Shown: positions 14,577-29,072, counted from the stretch's first letter. The stretch: 64,000 nt of DNA from Eledone cirrhosa (GCA_964016885.1 OZ024765.1:17422001-17486000); one strand, 5' to 3'. Translations and numbers: made by a program. The notes: generated by a model not told the origin, from the letters alone.

Positions 14577-14580
<4 letters not shown>
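13777..14580. repeat. Two diverged ~220-bp direct repeats ~578 bp apart (pLTR-like arrangement)
   Basis: GTAAATTTT..CAATCA..TTTGACCCGAATTACTTG at ~13777 and ~14353; both end in TA. Confidence 0.65.
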
Positions 14581-14621
<41 letters not shown>

Positions 14622-14648
14622 ACACACACACACATATATATATATACG

Positions 14649-14683
<35 letters not shown>

Positions 14684-15102
14684 CATATATTGTTTCATTT
14701 TTATATGTATCGAATATGACACGCTTTTTGACTAATACACTCCCTTTCCTTTTTATCTTCCGCATATAAATGATCGCGCGTATGTGTGTATACGCGTGCT
14801 TTCATACTTGTATGTGTATATATTTAATACCTAAATCTGGATGTACATTATTTTTCAACTTATATTATATACGTATTGGTCACACATACACTATTATGCT
14901 TGACCTCATATACGTACTTACGCACACACACATTTTCACTATACACATGCATTTGTACATACACACATATGTACATTTGTGAATGAATATATACACATTT
15001 ATACACATATTTTCTTATTTTTGTATATCTCTTGCTTTATTTTTTTTTTACCGTTAAACTCTTGCCTTTCTTGAGATTTTTCAAATATTTCACTATGTTT
15101 TA

Positions 15103-15180
15103 AATTGCCTTGTCCGATGAACGAATGAGGACGTTTTTTGTAATCGTCTTATTCGGGAAACCTCTGGTAATGAGGTAATT
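15103..15180 (+). ncRNA. Hammerhead ribozyme, CCGAUGA core, 11-bp stem I
   Basis: AATTGCCTTGT-CCGATGA-a-CGAATGAGGACG...CGTCTTATTCG-g-GAAACCTCTGGTA-ATGAGGTAATT. Confidence 0.7.
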
Positions 15181-15516
15181 ATATTGTATTGTTTATTATA
15201 CATTAAATTTAGCTCTGTAACTTACATAGAGCACTCTTCACTCCTATAACTTTTTCAATTTTCGACGGAAACTTCAATACTTATATATATATGTATATAT
15301 ATATATAATAAAGAATTCATATCTAGTAACATATATATACATACAAATGCATATCAATGCTAGCAAATATATAGGTTTTGTCTTAATAACATTGTGGTTC
15401 AATGCATGGGGTTGCAGAACAATAATATAAGAGACGTAAAATAAGAAAATTATAAAATTAACTTACTTACTAAAATATCACTTCCAACTATATACATACA
15501 CACATATACGAATATA

Positions 15517-15591
<75 letters not shown>

Positions 15592-15807
15592 AAAATAGCT
15601 ATCACTTTATAATAATATTAATCATAGCATAATCCTGTGTACTTTGTAACACTAAACCCCTCAACGTGTGTGTCCGTGTCCACGTGTGTGTGTGTGTATA
15701 TGTGTGTATGTGTAAGTATGTAAGTATATGTATGAGTCTGTCTGTATATATTTATATATATATAACATAGCTATATATATATATAGATATACATACCTAT
15801 ATATATA

Positions 15808-15841
<34 letters not shown>

Positions 15842-15889
15842 TATATTCGTATATGTGTGTATGTATATATATGTATGTATCTGTGTGTT

Positions 15890-15933
<44 letters not shown>

Positions 15934-15970
15934 TATATACATGGCCAATATATATATATATATATACATA

Positions 15971-16009
<39 letters not shown>

Positions 16010-16304
16010 GTGTGTATGTGTATATATATATATATAACAGTGGTAACAACAGCTACATACTAAATCTTTTACAGCTTCCTTCATTCCAAGAATTAACACC
16101 AAACAATATCGGTGCTGTCGTTTTTTTCTGTTCTCTCTCAGACAACGAGAATCTAAACTATTTGCGAAGGTGTGCTTCATTTGAAAAATTCCTTCATCCT
16201 TTCTGTCTACCTACCTCTCTATCTTGTTTGCTCTGTCTACCTGTCTGTCTATCTTTTTCATTTCAAGAATTCCTTCTTTCTTTCTTTCTGTCTATCTATT
16301 TCTT

Positions 16305-16965
16305 CCTGCAGAAGAAAGGAGCACATCGTTAGATAAGACCACGGAAAGAATGTTTCCATTGGTCTTTCCATTACTGATACTATCTATCTGTCACAACTCC
16401 TGGCAGAAGAAAGGAGCTGATCATCAGATCAGACCAAGGAAATAATGTTTCCATTGGTCTTTCCATTACTGATACTATGTCTGTCACAACTCCTGGCAGA
16501 AGAAAGGAGCTGATCATCAGATCAGACCAAGCAAACAATGTTTCTATTGGTCCTTCCATTACTGATACTATCCGTCTGTCACAACTCCTGACAGAAGAAA
16601 GGAGCTGGTCATCAGATCAGAGCAAGGAAACAATGTTTCCATTGGTCTTTCCATTACTGATACTATCTGTCAGTCACAACTCCTGGCAGATGAAAGAAAC
16701 TGATTATCAGATCAGTCCAAGGAAACAATGTTTCTATTGGTCTTTCCATTACTGATACTATGTCTGTCACAACTCCTGGCAGAAGAAAGAAACTGGTTAT
16801 CAGATCAGACCAAGGAAACATTATTTCCATTGGTCTTTCCATTACTGATACTATCTATCAGTCTCAACTCCCGGCAATCACAAATTCTGGCAGATGAATA
16901 GACTAGAGTGTGAGATCAATCCAAGGAAAATATTTTAAATTGGTTTATCCATTGCTTATACTGTC
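16305..16965. repeat. Minisatellite, ~93-95-bp unit, 6-7 copies
   Basis: TCACAACTCCTG recurs at 16391, 16484, 16579, 16674 and 16767. Confidence 0.9.
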
Positions 16966-17145
16966 AACACGCCGAAATTCCTCACAGGAAGAGCAATAGG
17001 AAATAAAGTATTTTGCTCAAGAACACGTCACCCGGTCTTATTCAAAACTCACATTTAGAGATATATTTCAATATATCAGTGTTTGTATTTCTACCCGGCT
17101 AAAAACCGGTGCAAATACATATATTTGCTATTACACACCCACCCA

Positions 17146-17194
<49 letters not shown>

Positions 17195-17274
17195 GTATGG
17201 GTTAGGGCTAGGATTAGGGTTGGGATACATATACACATACATATATATACACATACATATATATATATACACAC

Positions 17275-17305
<31 letters not shown>

Positions 17306-17431
17306 TGTATGTATGTATATATATGTATATATATTTATGATATATATATATACAGATATGTATATATATATATATTTATATGTATGTATGATATATATAT
17401 ATATATACAGATATGTATGATATATATATAC

Positions 17432-17490
<59 letters not shown>

Positions 17491-18039
17491 ATATATATAT
17501 ATATACATATATATATATGTAGATATATACATACATACATATATAGATATACATACATACATATATATATATAGATATACATACATACATATATATATAG
17601 ATATACATACATACATATATATATAGATATACATACATATATATATATAAGTATATGTATGGGGGGGGGGGGGGGGTTGTGTGCGTATATATGTATCTAT
17701 GACGTGTACGGACACACACACACACATACCACAAGCATACAGACATATACAAAAATCCTTAATGAACTTCTCTGGCGTACTTACGACTTCAGTACAGGGC
17801 ATTCGGGCTGAACTGAGCTTTTGCTATGCTAAGTTAGTCGCTTAATATGGCATGCCAGGAACCTGGAATGTAGGAGGGATTAACCGTAACCACCCCCCTA
17901 AGGAAGATCTGCACTTCACTATAACCAATCAACACTTTCCCTACCACCTCCACTCCCACCATTTGAATATACGAAATGTATATATATATATGTATGTATG
18001 ATATATATATATATTACATTATATGATATTATATTTTGA

Positions 18040-18315
18040 CGCATAGAGTTATGGCGCTTGCCATTCTGAGTTCAAATCCCGCCGAGGTTAACTTTGCCTT
18101 TCATCCTTTCGGGGTCGATAAAATAAGGGCGGTGGATTGGCAGTATCGGTAGAGGGTCGGACGCCATGCTTTCCAGCATAGTTAAGTCCCGTTACGATCT
18201 GAGTTCAAATCCCGCCGAGGTTGACTTTGCCTTTCATCCTTATGAGGTCGATAAAATAAAGTACCAGTAATGCACTGGGTAATTGCTGGCCTTGTGCCTA
18301 AAGTAGAAACAATTA
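18040..18315 (+). mobile_element. SINE family 1, partial plus full copy
   Basis: Same A/B boxes and core as 12093. Confidence 0.85.
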
Positions 18316-18430
18316 TATTATATATATACATATTATATATACACATTATATATATATGTTATATATATAAATATATAATAATAAATATATATATAAATAT
18401 ATATTATATATACATATTATATACATATAT

Positions 18431-18893
18431 ATGGTGGCTGCCAACTCGTTTTCGAGTATGGCCACTACTTTATATCCATGTAGGAGAACCCCTACCGATG
18501 CGCTGAACAAGTGTGACTTTTTAGTCCAGCCAGCGACTTGAAAACTCTGGTACAAACACTACACTTGTGACAATTATTGACACATAGTGCTGGGCCCATG
18601 GTACCATGTGACGACAAGTGCAGAGAGATCTCCAGATATAAAGCAATGCCTGTGCCGTGAAGCTTTTATAGTGAGCAAAGGCACTGCACACAGCCAGTCC
18701 CACTCTCTTAACCAAGATGATATTTACCAAAAAGAAGAACAAGTCAACATCATTGGATACCATCAGGGTTGCAGGTGTTATATCAGAGTTATCCTTCTCC
18801 TAGAATTCTGCCTTGACAAAGGCTAAGGGGTCATCTCTCCCTGTGATTTTGTATGGCCATTGACTCTTAAGAGCCTCTTTGCCTTTTGACAGG
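18431..18893 (-). mobile_element. Unclassified TA-anchored repeat family G (other copies 30896-31512, 33697-34049)
   Basis: Three highly similar copies share one precise end (GGCAGCCACCAT-(AT)n); the other end varies; strand inferred from this. Confidence 0.7.
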
Positions 18894-18933
<40 letters not shown>

Positions 18934-18934
18934 G

Positions 18935-18970
<36 letters not shown>

Positions 18971-18973
18971 GCA

Positions 18974-19029
<56 letters not shown>

Positions 19030-19038
19030 TACATATAC

Positions 19039-19073
<35 letters not shown>

Positions 19074-19116
19074 CATATATACATATACATATATATATAC
19101 ATATATATATATATAC

Positions 19117-19153
<37 letters not shown>

Positions 19154-19269
19154 AATATATATATATATACATAAATATATATATATATACATAAATATAT
19201 ATATATATATATACATAAATATATATATATACGTATATATATATACGTATATATATATATACGTATATA

Positions 19270-19309
<40 letters not shown>

Positions 19310-19421
19310 GTTTAGCGAGGTTCTATTAATTCTGGCAATATTACGCAAATATGACCCTCCCCAAGTATAACAATATATATATTTATATATATATATATAT
19401 AAATATATGCACACACACATA

Positions 19422-19461
<40 letters not shown>

Positions 19462-19502
19462 AATATATGCACACACACATATGTATATATATATATATAT
19501 AT

Positions 19503-19545
<43 letters not shown>

Positions 19546-19547
<2 letters not shown>

Positions 19548-19935
19548 CGAGGTGGGTCAGAAAAGATCCAGGACTGATGTCAAAAAAGATTTATTTCAAA
19601 CCCAAACTTCACACTAAGAGTTTTCTCCTTCAAAGTAAATCCCCCTGGAGTCTAATGTACTTTTCCATCTTTTTCTGCCACGCCTGCATGCACTCCTGGA
19701 AGGATTCTTCCTGGATACTCCGCAGTTCCGTCGTCACCCCATTTTCGATGACGTCCCTGTCTTCAAAACGCCCCCCCCCCCCCCCCGCGGGGGTTGTACT
19801 CGTAGATCCATGACTCATCACCGGAGATGACTGTCCCTAGCAAGTCTGGTTCGGTATCAAGACACTCGAGGATGTCCCGGCACACTTGCCTGCGTCGACA
19901 TTTCTGGTCTTTGTTCACCAGTTTTGGCACCATCA
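19546..19935 (-). mobile_element. Internally deleted Tc1/mariner transposon remnant
   Basis: VPKL..QK..R...C..ISGDESWIYEYNP and C-terminal GRF.D...VTTELRSI..ESFQECMQAW..MEKYIRLQGD; TA-CGAGG TIR-like end at 19546. Confidence 0.85.
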
Positions 19936-20187
19936 GCCTACCTCCCACCAAATGCCATGATAGATTTATCTGTCTTTACAACAAATATTTGACCAATCCT
20001 CTTGGCAATTACTATTTTCCCATATAAAGTTCGGCTGAGAAGTTCGGCTATTTATTTACCAGTCTAACATTCTTATTTAGTCCAGAAATAGCCGTCGAAT
20101 CGGCTTGAGCGATGCTGTCGGGGTCATACTTGTTCCTATATATATATATAAATATAAATGCATATATATATATATATATATATAAAA

Positions 20188-20377
<190 letters not shown>

Positions 20378-20419
20378 GTATATATATATATATAAAAATG
20401 TATATATATATATATATAT

Positions 20420-20661
20420 GCTCTGATCAGAGCAAACAGCACGGACACTCTATCTCAAAATTATTTTTGAAAAGCATTTAGAAATGCGCAACCGGTAAAA
20501 ACTTAAAAACTTAAAACCACAACTGAATACTAACCCATACAATCACTAATACTCTTTTATTCCTAATTAAACCATTTTTCAACTGTGAACAATTTGTCAG
20601 CATTTTCTATTCCGTTTACCAATATATAATAACTTGTGTGTTACACCTCTATTCTTTTAAC

Positions 20662-20662
<1 letters not shown>
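20420..20662 (+). mobile_element. pLTR-like module family H (other copies 33265-33657 as fold-back, 61188-61350) with atypical HHR-like motif at 20464-20500
   Basis: TTT-TTGAAAA-GCAT(TTAGAA)ATGC-GCAA-CCGG-TA-AAA; TA-flanked. Confidence 0.6.
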
Positions 20663-21540
<878 letters not shown>

Positions 21541-21639
21541 TCACCAGATATAATTACACAACAGACTTAGCATTGTAAAATGTGATACAAGTTGTTGTTG
21601 AACTTGCGGTTGTTGTTGTTGTTTTTACTTCATTTCTGT

Positions 21640-21930
21640 CATCCTCGTCTTCTTCTTCTTCTTTTTCTTCTTCTTCTTCTTCTTCTTCTTTCTGTCTTCT
21701 TTGTTTTCTACATTTCTCTTCTTTTCCTCGCCCACTTGTTCCCGAGAGAGTGGTAGGAGTACAGAGACCCCCAAAACACTCGTTCCAGTGGCTTCTGTCA
21801 GAAGCAAACGTTTCCAACTGATCCAGCTGAATCACCCACACGTGACCAGTCAATCTCATGGTTGTTATGCAACCATCTTCCTCAGAGTGTATTCCTGGAT
21901 CTCCGCCCAGTTAGTTTTGCCCATAAAATC
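21640..21930 (-). mobile_element. Degenerate RTE LINE 3' end with (GAA)n tail
   Basis: Similar to 36240-36410; tail appears as (TTC)n on the plus strand. Confidence 0.5.
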
Positions 21931-21994
21931 TGCGCGTTACAATTTAACGATGAAGGGTAAAATGATATGTATACATAACCAGTTGTGTTATATC

Positions 21995-22355
21995 GTCTTG
22001 ACTGTGTTAATTGGACGACAAGGTCACTTCAGAAGCTGTCTACATTCCAGAACCATATCATGAGACTTATGACTGGCAAGTGGCTCAGCGACGGTATCTG
22101 TATCAGTGAGCTGGTCTTGACTGTGTTAATTGGACGACAAGGTCACACCAGAAGCTCTCTATATTCCAGAACCATATCATGAGACTTATGACTGGCAAGT
22201 GGCTCAGCGTCCGTATCTGTATCAGTGAGCTGGTCTCGACTGTGTTAATTGGACGACAAGGTCACTTCAGAAGCTCTCTACATTCCAGAATCATATCATG
22301 AAACTTATGACTAGCAAGTGGCTCAGCGTCCGTATCTGTATCAGTGAGCTGCTCA
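21995..22355 (+). repeat. 3 x 119-bp tandem repeat of a LINE RT-like segment
   Basis: Units start at 21995, 22114 and 22233; translate to LDCVNWTTRSLQKLSTFQNHIMRLMTGKWLSD. Confidence 0.8.
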
Positions 22356-22364
22356 CACATTACA

Positions 22365-23095
22365 AAAGCATGGCGTCTGACCCTCTACCGATACTGCCAA
22401 AATGGTTTCTGATATAGGCACCTGGATGAAAGGCAAAGTAAACCCCGGCAGGATTTGAACTTAGATCATAAAGGGCCGTAACTCTATGCTGCAAAGCATA
22501 GCGTCCCACCCTCTACAGATACTGCCAATCCTCCACCATTAAGAAATAATGATTTCTACTATAGGCACAAGGCCAGTAATTTGGGAGGGAAGGGAAAGTT
22601 GATTAAATCGACCCAAATACATTACTGGTGCTTTATTTTAACGACCCCGTAGGATGAAAGGCAAAGTTAACCTCGGCGGGATTTGAACTCAGAATGGCTA
22701 GGGCCGTAACTCTACACTGCAAAGCATGGCGTCCGACCTTCTACCGATACTGCCAAGCCTCCGCCATTAAGAAATAATAATTGTTTCTACTTTTGGCACA
22801 AGGCCAGCAATTTTTCCCAGTGTATTACTGGTACTTTATTTTATCGACCCCGTAAGGATGAAAGGCAAAGCTAACCTCGGCGGGATTTGAACTCAGACCA
22901 TAAAGGGCCGTAACTCTTTGTTGCAAAGCCTGGCGTCCGACCCTCTACCGATACTGCCAATGGTTTCTTATATAAGTATGAAAGGCAACGTTAACCTCAG
23001 CGAGATTTGAACTCAGATCATAAAGGGCCGTAATTCTAAGCTGCAAAAGATGGCGTCCGACCCTCTAGAGATACTGCCAACTCTCCAGCATTAAC
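22365..23095 (-). mobile_element. Cluster of 4-5 SINE family 1 copies
   Basis: Repeated GGATTTGAACTCAGA...CCGATACTGCCAA. Confidence 0.85.
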
Positions 23096-23414
23096 AAATG
23101 ATAATAAAATAGAGAAAAAACACCCGAATAAACCAGTAACAACAGCAAGAGAAAATAATTCATGTCTAGTTATGAGAAGTTTCTAGTTTGATGTCTGATC
23201 GTCTGGTAAATAAATAAATAATTAGAATAACCAGTAGACTGTTTATCTAGAGTAGATAATTCACCTCTTATATTTTAGGTGAGGAGGTTGATAACAAACT
23301 CTTATTTATCTCTCCGCCTCTCCCCGACAAATCTAAGACACTTATTTTTGCAAATGGCGAAAATACTGAGGAAAACAACCAAAACCTTAATCGGTGGTGG
23401 TAGAAGTAGTAGTG

Positions 23415-23452
<38 letters not shown>

Positions 23453-23486
23453 TATGGTGGTGGTGGTGGTGGCAGTAATAGTAGTG

Positions 23487-23529
<43 letters not shown>

Positions 23530-24420
23530 TAGTAGTGTTTAACAGTGAAATAAGATAAGGTCTCAGTGGTATAGTGATAATAATAATTGTTTCTACTTTT
23601 GGCACAAGGCCAGCAATTACTCCAGTGCATTACTGGTACTTTATTTTATCGACCTCGTAAGGATTAAAGGCAAAGTTAACCTCGACGGGACTTGAACTCT
23701 CAGAACGTAAAGGGCCGTAACTAAATACTGCAAAGCACCAACACCGCCACACTAACACCATCAACACCACCAAAAACACCACTACTAACACCACCACCAC
23801 CACCAACACTACCAACAACACAATCACTACCAACAGCGCCACCAACTCCACCAACACCACCACTACCACAATCACTACCAACAGCACCACTACCACCACC
23901 ACAATCACTACCACTACAACCAACACCAATACCACCACAATCACTACCAACAGCACCAACACCACCACTACCACAAACACCAACACCGCCACCACCACCA
24001 CCACCACCACTCACAACACCACCACCAACAGCACCACCACCACAATCACTACCAACAGCACCAACACCACCACTACCACAAACACCAAACACCAACACCG
24101 CCACCACCACCACCACTCACAACACCACCAATACCACCACTGACACCACCACCACCACCACAATCCCTACCAACAGTACCACCACCAACACCACCACAAC
24201 CAACACCAATACCACCACAATCACTACCAACAGCACCAACACCACTACTACCACAACCACCACCACCACCACTCACAACACCACCACCACCACCACAATC
24301 ACTACCAACACCACCAACACCACCACCACCCACAACACCACAATCACTACCAACAGCACCACCACCACCAACACTACCAACAGCACCACCACTACCACCC
24401 ATAACACCACCAACACCCAC

Positions 24421-24975
24421 AACACCACACCAATACCAAAAGTGTAATCACTTGCACAATGAGAAACTTTTGCAACTGCAAATATAGGAAGAGCTGCTCA
24501 ATCACAAACACCAACTATGTTATCAACAACAACAACAACAGCTAAAACCACCAACACCAGTAATCTACAATGAATTGCTGCATAGGAGTTACTGCAAATA
24601 CAGGACATTTTGCACCAAACAAGTGTGATATTGTTAAGCTGCACTTCATCAGCTCTGATTGGTACATTTCTACTAACTGCAATGCACCAATCAGAACTGT
24701 TGAAGAGCAGCTGCACAATATCACTCGTGTTTTGTGCAAAACCTCCTGTATTTGCAGTAGCTCCCAGGCTGTAAGTCATTGCAATTTGCTAGTGTTGGTG
24801 GTTTTAGTTGTTATTGTTTTAGTTGTTGTTGTTGTTTTACGTGTTGTTGTTGTTGTTGTTGTTGTTGTTGATAGCACATTTGGTGTTTGTGATGATGCAG
24901 CTCTTCCTATATTTGCGGGTGCAAAAGTTTCTCATTGTGCAAGTGATTACACCTTTGGTGTTGGTGTGGTGTTGG
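24421..24975. repeat. Diverged long inverted repeat (~250-bp arms, 12-nt spacer) flanked by (CAC)n and (GTG)n
   Basis: AGTGTAATCACTTGCACAATGAGAAACTTTTGCA versus TGCAAAAGTTTCTCATTGTGCAAGTGATTACAC; spacer 24669-24680. Confidence 0.85.
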
Positions 24976-25144
24976 AGATGTTTGTGGTGGTGTTGTTGTT
25001 CGCGATGTTTAAGGGTATGTTGGTAGTGATGGTGGTACTGGTGGTGGTGGTTGTTATTGTTGGTGGCGATGTTGGGGATGTTGGTGGTGTTGGTTGTACG
25101 GCCAACTTCCCGGTGGCAAGGTTGTAAAAGAAAAGAAATTGTCA

Positions 25145-25645
25145 TCCCTTGAATCACAAGAATGTTTTACAAATATTTAAGGTGCCAGCTATCGCAGCCA
25201 TTTGTAGACTATGAATCAGGGAGTTGCGCTCTTTGTCCACAAATCCAAGTTCAGTTATACTTTGGTCCAAGCGGGTTGGTATATAACCTGTAGCTCCAAT
25301 AATGATGGGTATGAAGCTGAAGGTGTATCTTGGATACTAGATCTGCAAACTCCACGTCAATGGTCCGTAGATGTCCTCCTTCTCCTGTATTTTTCTTACA
25401 ACGTTTACATCAAGTGGGCAGCTGATCTCAACAACCGAATACATTTTCATTGTGTGGTCCCCAACAACAATATCAGGCCGGTTGTGTTTTAATTTGGTGG
25501 CAGTTTTTATTTTCAGGTTCCACCAGTTTTTTTAGTGCCATCTGTCTCAACATATTCCTCCTCGTTTGTTTTGAATCGTTCCAGACGGTTCTAGTTATCA
25601 CACCGTGTCTCATAGGGAGGTAGTTGGCAGCAAGTATAGGATAAG
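25145..25645 (-). mobile_element. R4/Dong-type non-LTR retrotransposon restriction-like endonuclease fragment
   Basis: Manual translation: PILAANYLPMRH..; HNRPDIVV..VVEISCPLDVN..KIQEKEDIYGPL..YP..FIPIIIGATG..; LQMAAIAGTLNICKTFL; in-frame stops present. Confidence 0.8.
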
Positions 25646-26039
25646 TATATGTATATATATACACATATAGATACATATCCGTACATAGACATGTCTATAC
25701 ATCCAAACATTTACATATATATCTATATATTATATATCTATATAAATATACATATATATATATATATGTGTGTATATAAACATATGCCAACATGAATGGA
25801 CCTGTTAATTTTCTCTAAAATCGTCTTTTTCTGATTCCACCTTGACCATCCCTTCAATCTTTTTAAATTCTTATTCTTTCTTATGATGAAAGACTTGCGT
25901 CCGAAACGTTGAGTCCCCCTTTCTGTTATTTCAAGCGTTAAACTAATATAATCCTTCCATATGCTGTACCGATTGTTTTGTTATTTGTTTCCCTTTTACT
26001 TATATATATATGTGATGGCTACAAACTCTGCCAAGAGTA

Positions 26040-26340
26040 TTGCAATCGCTTGTCAGATTCAGATGTGTGACGCTCGGATATGGCTTTTCAAGCCTACCAG
26101 AGAGTTGCACTCCTTGACACATTGACGACAACACTGGATCTCCCTGTCCTCGGGTCTTACATCAGGTTGCCTGTGGATCTTCACAACACCGTGGAGATCA
26201 TAGTTCACTGGTTCTCTTTGAACATGGCTGCGTCTGTGGCTCCTGAGACCAGATTTGCTCAAGCAAATCTTTCCACACTCAGGGCACACCAATTCAATGC
26301 AGACACAGATCGTTTCGAGAGATACACCAGGGCACTGCCC
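26040..26340 (-). mobile_element. LINE (RTE-like) ORF2 C-terminal C2H2 zinc fingers
   Basis: CPECGKICLSKSGLRSHRRSH...CRQCVKECNSLVGLKSHIRASH; this pattern is typical of RTE/BovB ORF ends. Confidence 0.6.
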
Positions 26341-26434
26341 TATGCTACTGTCCTAAAAATTATGGACCCCATCATTCACCATTCCACGCCAAGTATATAT
26401 ATTCTTTCCCGCTAAATATATTTCTGCCCACTCT

Positions 26435-27175
26435 TAATAATTGTTTCTACTTTAGGCACAAGGCCAGCAAAATACCCAGTGTATTACTGGTACTTTATTT
26501 TATCGACCCCGTAAGGATGAAAGGCAAAGTCAACCTCGGCGGGATTTGAACTCAGATCGTAAAGGGATGTAACTATGCTGGAAAGCATGGCGTCCGACCC
26601 TTTACCGATACTGCCAATCTATAATAATTGTTTCTACTTTAGGCACAAGGCCAGCAATTACCCAGTGTATTACTGGTACTTTATTTTATCGACCCCGTAA
26701 GGATGAAAGGCAAAGTCAACCTCGGCGGGATTTGAACTCAGATCGTAAAGGGACGTAACTATGCTGGAAAGCATGCGTCCGACCCTTTACCGATACTGCC
26801 AATCTATAATAATTGTTTCTACTTTAGCACAAGGCCAGCAATTACCCAGTGTATTACTGGTACTTTACTTTTTATCGACCCCGTAAGGATGAAAGGCAAA
26901 GTCAACCTCGGCGGGATTTGAACTCAGATCGTAAGGGACGTAACTATGCTGGAAAGCATGGCGTCCGACCCTCTACCGATACTGCCAATCTATAATAATT
27001 GTTTCTACTTTAGGCACAAGGCCAGCAATTACCCAGTGTATTACTGTACTTTATTTTATCGACCCCGTAAGGATGAAAGGCAAAGTCAACCTCGGCGGGA
27101 TTTGAACTCAGATCGTAAAGGGACGTAACTATGCTGGAAAGCATGGCGTCCGACCCTCTGCCGATACTGCCAATC
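26435..27175 (-). mobile_element. Four head-to-tail near-identical SINE family 1 copies (~186-bp period)
   Basis: Units start at 26435, 26622, 26807 and 26993. Confidence 0.9.
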
Positions 27176-27735
27176 TTTCTAAACATGATCAGATAGCTAC
27201 ACTTGTAAACACATATAGACTCACACATACATATAAACACTCACCAAATCAGAATCACATACAACCACACACCCTCGCACAAAGAACGCCTTCATGAAAA
27301 CGTCTTTACAATTGCATAAAACAATGTGTGCCATTATTTGGACAAATGATAGCTCCTGTTAACCGCCAATGTCTTGGGCAATCAGTCTGGAAATAGCTGT
27401 TGAAAAAGCAAGAGCTCAGCCGTCAGGGTCCAACTCTTAAATATATATACATATATATAAAGCCGCTGATCATTAGAAGCTACGTCACTCGACCTTATAA
27501 GGTCAAATGACGTAACTTCTAATGATCAGCGACTTTTAGACTCACCTGATTAAAGAAACAATTGTTAATACTGTAAATAAACCCTGTTGTACAGCCTTCC
27601 ATGTTATTCTTCATTCTCTTACTATATATATATATATATATTATAATCGACCTGACTAGAAACTGCTAAATGTGTGGCCGCCTTCTTATCGCTGCATTTC
27701 AGCCCCATAGATTATATTCCTTTGTTAAATTTCGA

Positions 27736-27793
27736 ATATCTAATGATGTCACCGGATTCATGCTGAACCCGGTCATTGAAATATTCATAGTAT
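27736..27793 (+). ncRNA. Decayed HHR (G5A core mutation)
   Basis: ATAT-CTAATGA-TGTcACCGG..CCGGTcATT-GAAATATTCATA-GTAT. Confidence 0.5.
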
Positions 27794-28407
27794 AATAAAA
27801 CTTTAAGGAATTACACCAGTCCAGCCTCCTGCTATTTTATAATAATTAACCCCGTACTCGCACCCCCAACAACACAAACGAAGACGGGTGAGTTGCATTA
27901 CGTCGAGTGCTCTCCCTAATATTACATCAAGGTTGACTATACGGAATGACCAGTTCTATCCAGTGGTGAACCAACAACCGAAATGTAATTTCTATAGAAC
28001 TGCTCTGTAAAGCAACTGATGTTATTACATTGAACTATTTATCTTACTGGTAATAAGATAGTAATGAATTACTGTCTTTCACTATTTAGAGTTTAAATTA
28101 TATATAACTATAAAAGGTTTTATTATATACATAACCATAAATAGTATCCTTAATACTATATATATATATATATATATATATATGCAGAGGTAATATTTAA
28201 TTTGTTGGGATTCAACAAGCTTAAGAATGTTTATAACTGATATAAAGCACTCAACAGTCTAGTGAAGAAATACACAATATATTAATAAATGGAAACTATA
28301 TTTATAAAACAATATTTATTTTATAAAATATATATAAATAAGATTTTAAAAATAAATATGGTTTTATAAATATAGTTTCCATTTATTAATATATTGTATA
28401 TATATAC

Positions 28408-28439
<32 letters not shown>

Positions 28440-28443
28440 TGTG

Positions 28444-28499
<56 letters not shown>

Positions 28500-29072
28500 T
28501 AGAGAGAGAAAGTGTGCCAACAATAAACAGGAAAAACCACCAGTGTATGGAATCTATAATCTATGGAACGCAGTGGAGCACACCACAATAATTAAAAATA
28601 TAAATTAAAATGTATATACACACCTCTATAACTATATAACACACGGGTACAAATCCAAAGAGATCTGTTTCGCCAGGAAGTTGTTGACTGATATGGAATA
28701 GCCTATAGTTCGTCAGCGCGTGCAAGGCTATACATTCCAGACAACGCTGAGAGAATCTAAAGCGACCGTCCAGCTACACGCGGCAGAGAGTGGTCACAGC
28801 GTGTTTAGGGTAGTAAACCAGTGGTATCTGAGGGATGAGCTGTTAAAAAGGGCAGTCCAAAAACCAGTCAAAGAAGTGCTCTCAACCAAACAGATGAGGA
28901 AAGTCTGTTATAAGGAGCGAAATATCAAGATAAATTATTGATGGCGCACTTTCTCTCTCTAGTGTGTCACCTTTTCAACATATTGTATTTTAAAGAGGTC
29001 AGGATTCCTTTTTCTTTGAGCACATTATTGACAGGGAATAGCGAGAGTCTATGGCTCTGTTAATTTATCGCG

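Noticed and set aside
17199-17224. TTAGGG-like telomeric or G4 motif
   Set aside because: Only about four degenerate units; too short to support a telomeric origin.
24570-25127. 185-aa ORF across the inverted repeat
   Set aside because: Largely a triplet-repeat translation, and similar peptides arise on both strands because of the palindrome.
26059-26292. Host C2H2 zinc-finger gene
   Set aside because: There are no TGEKP linkers, and the pattern resembles RTE ORF2 C-terminal fingers.
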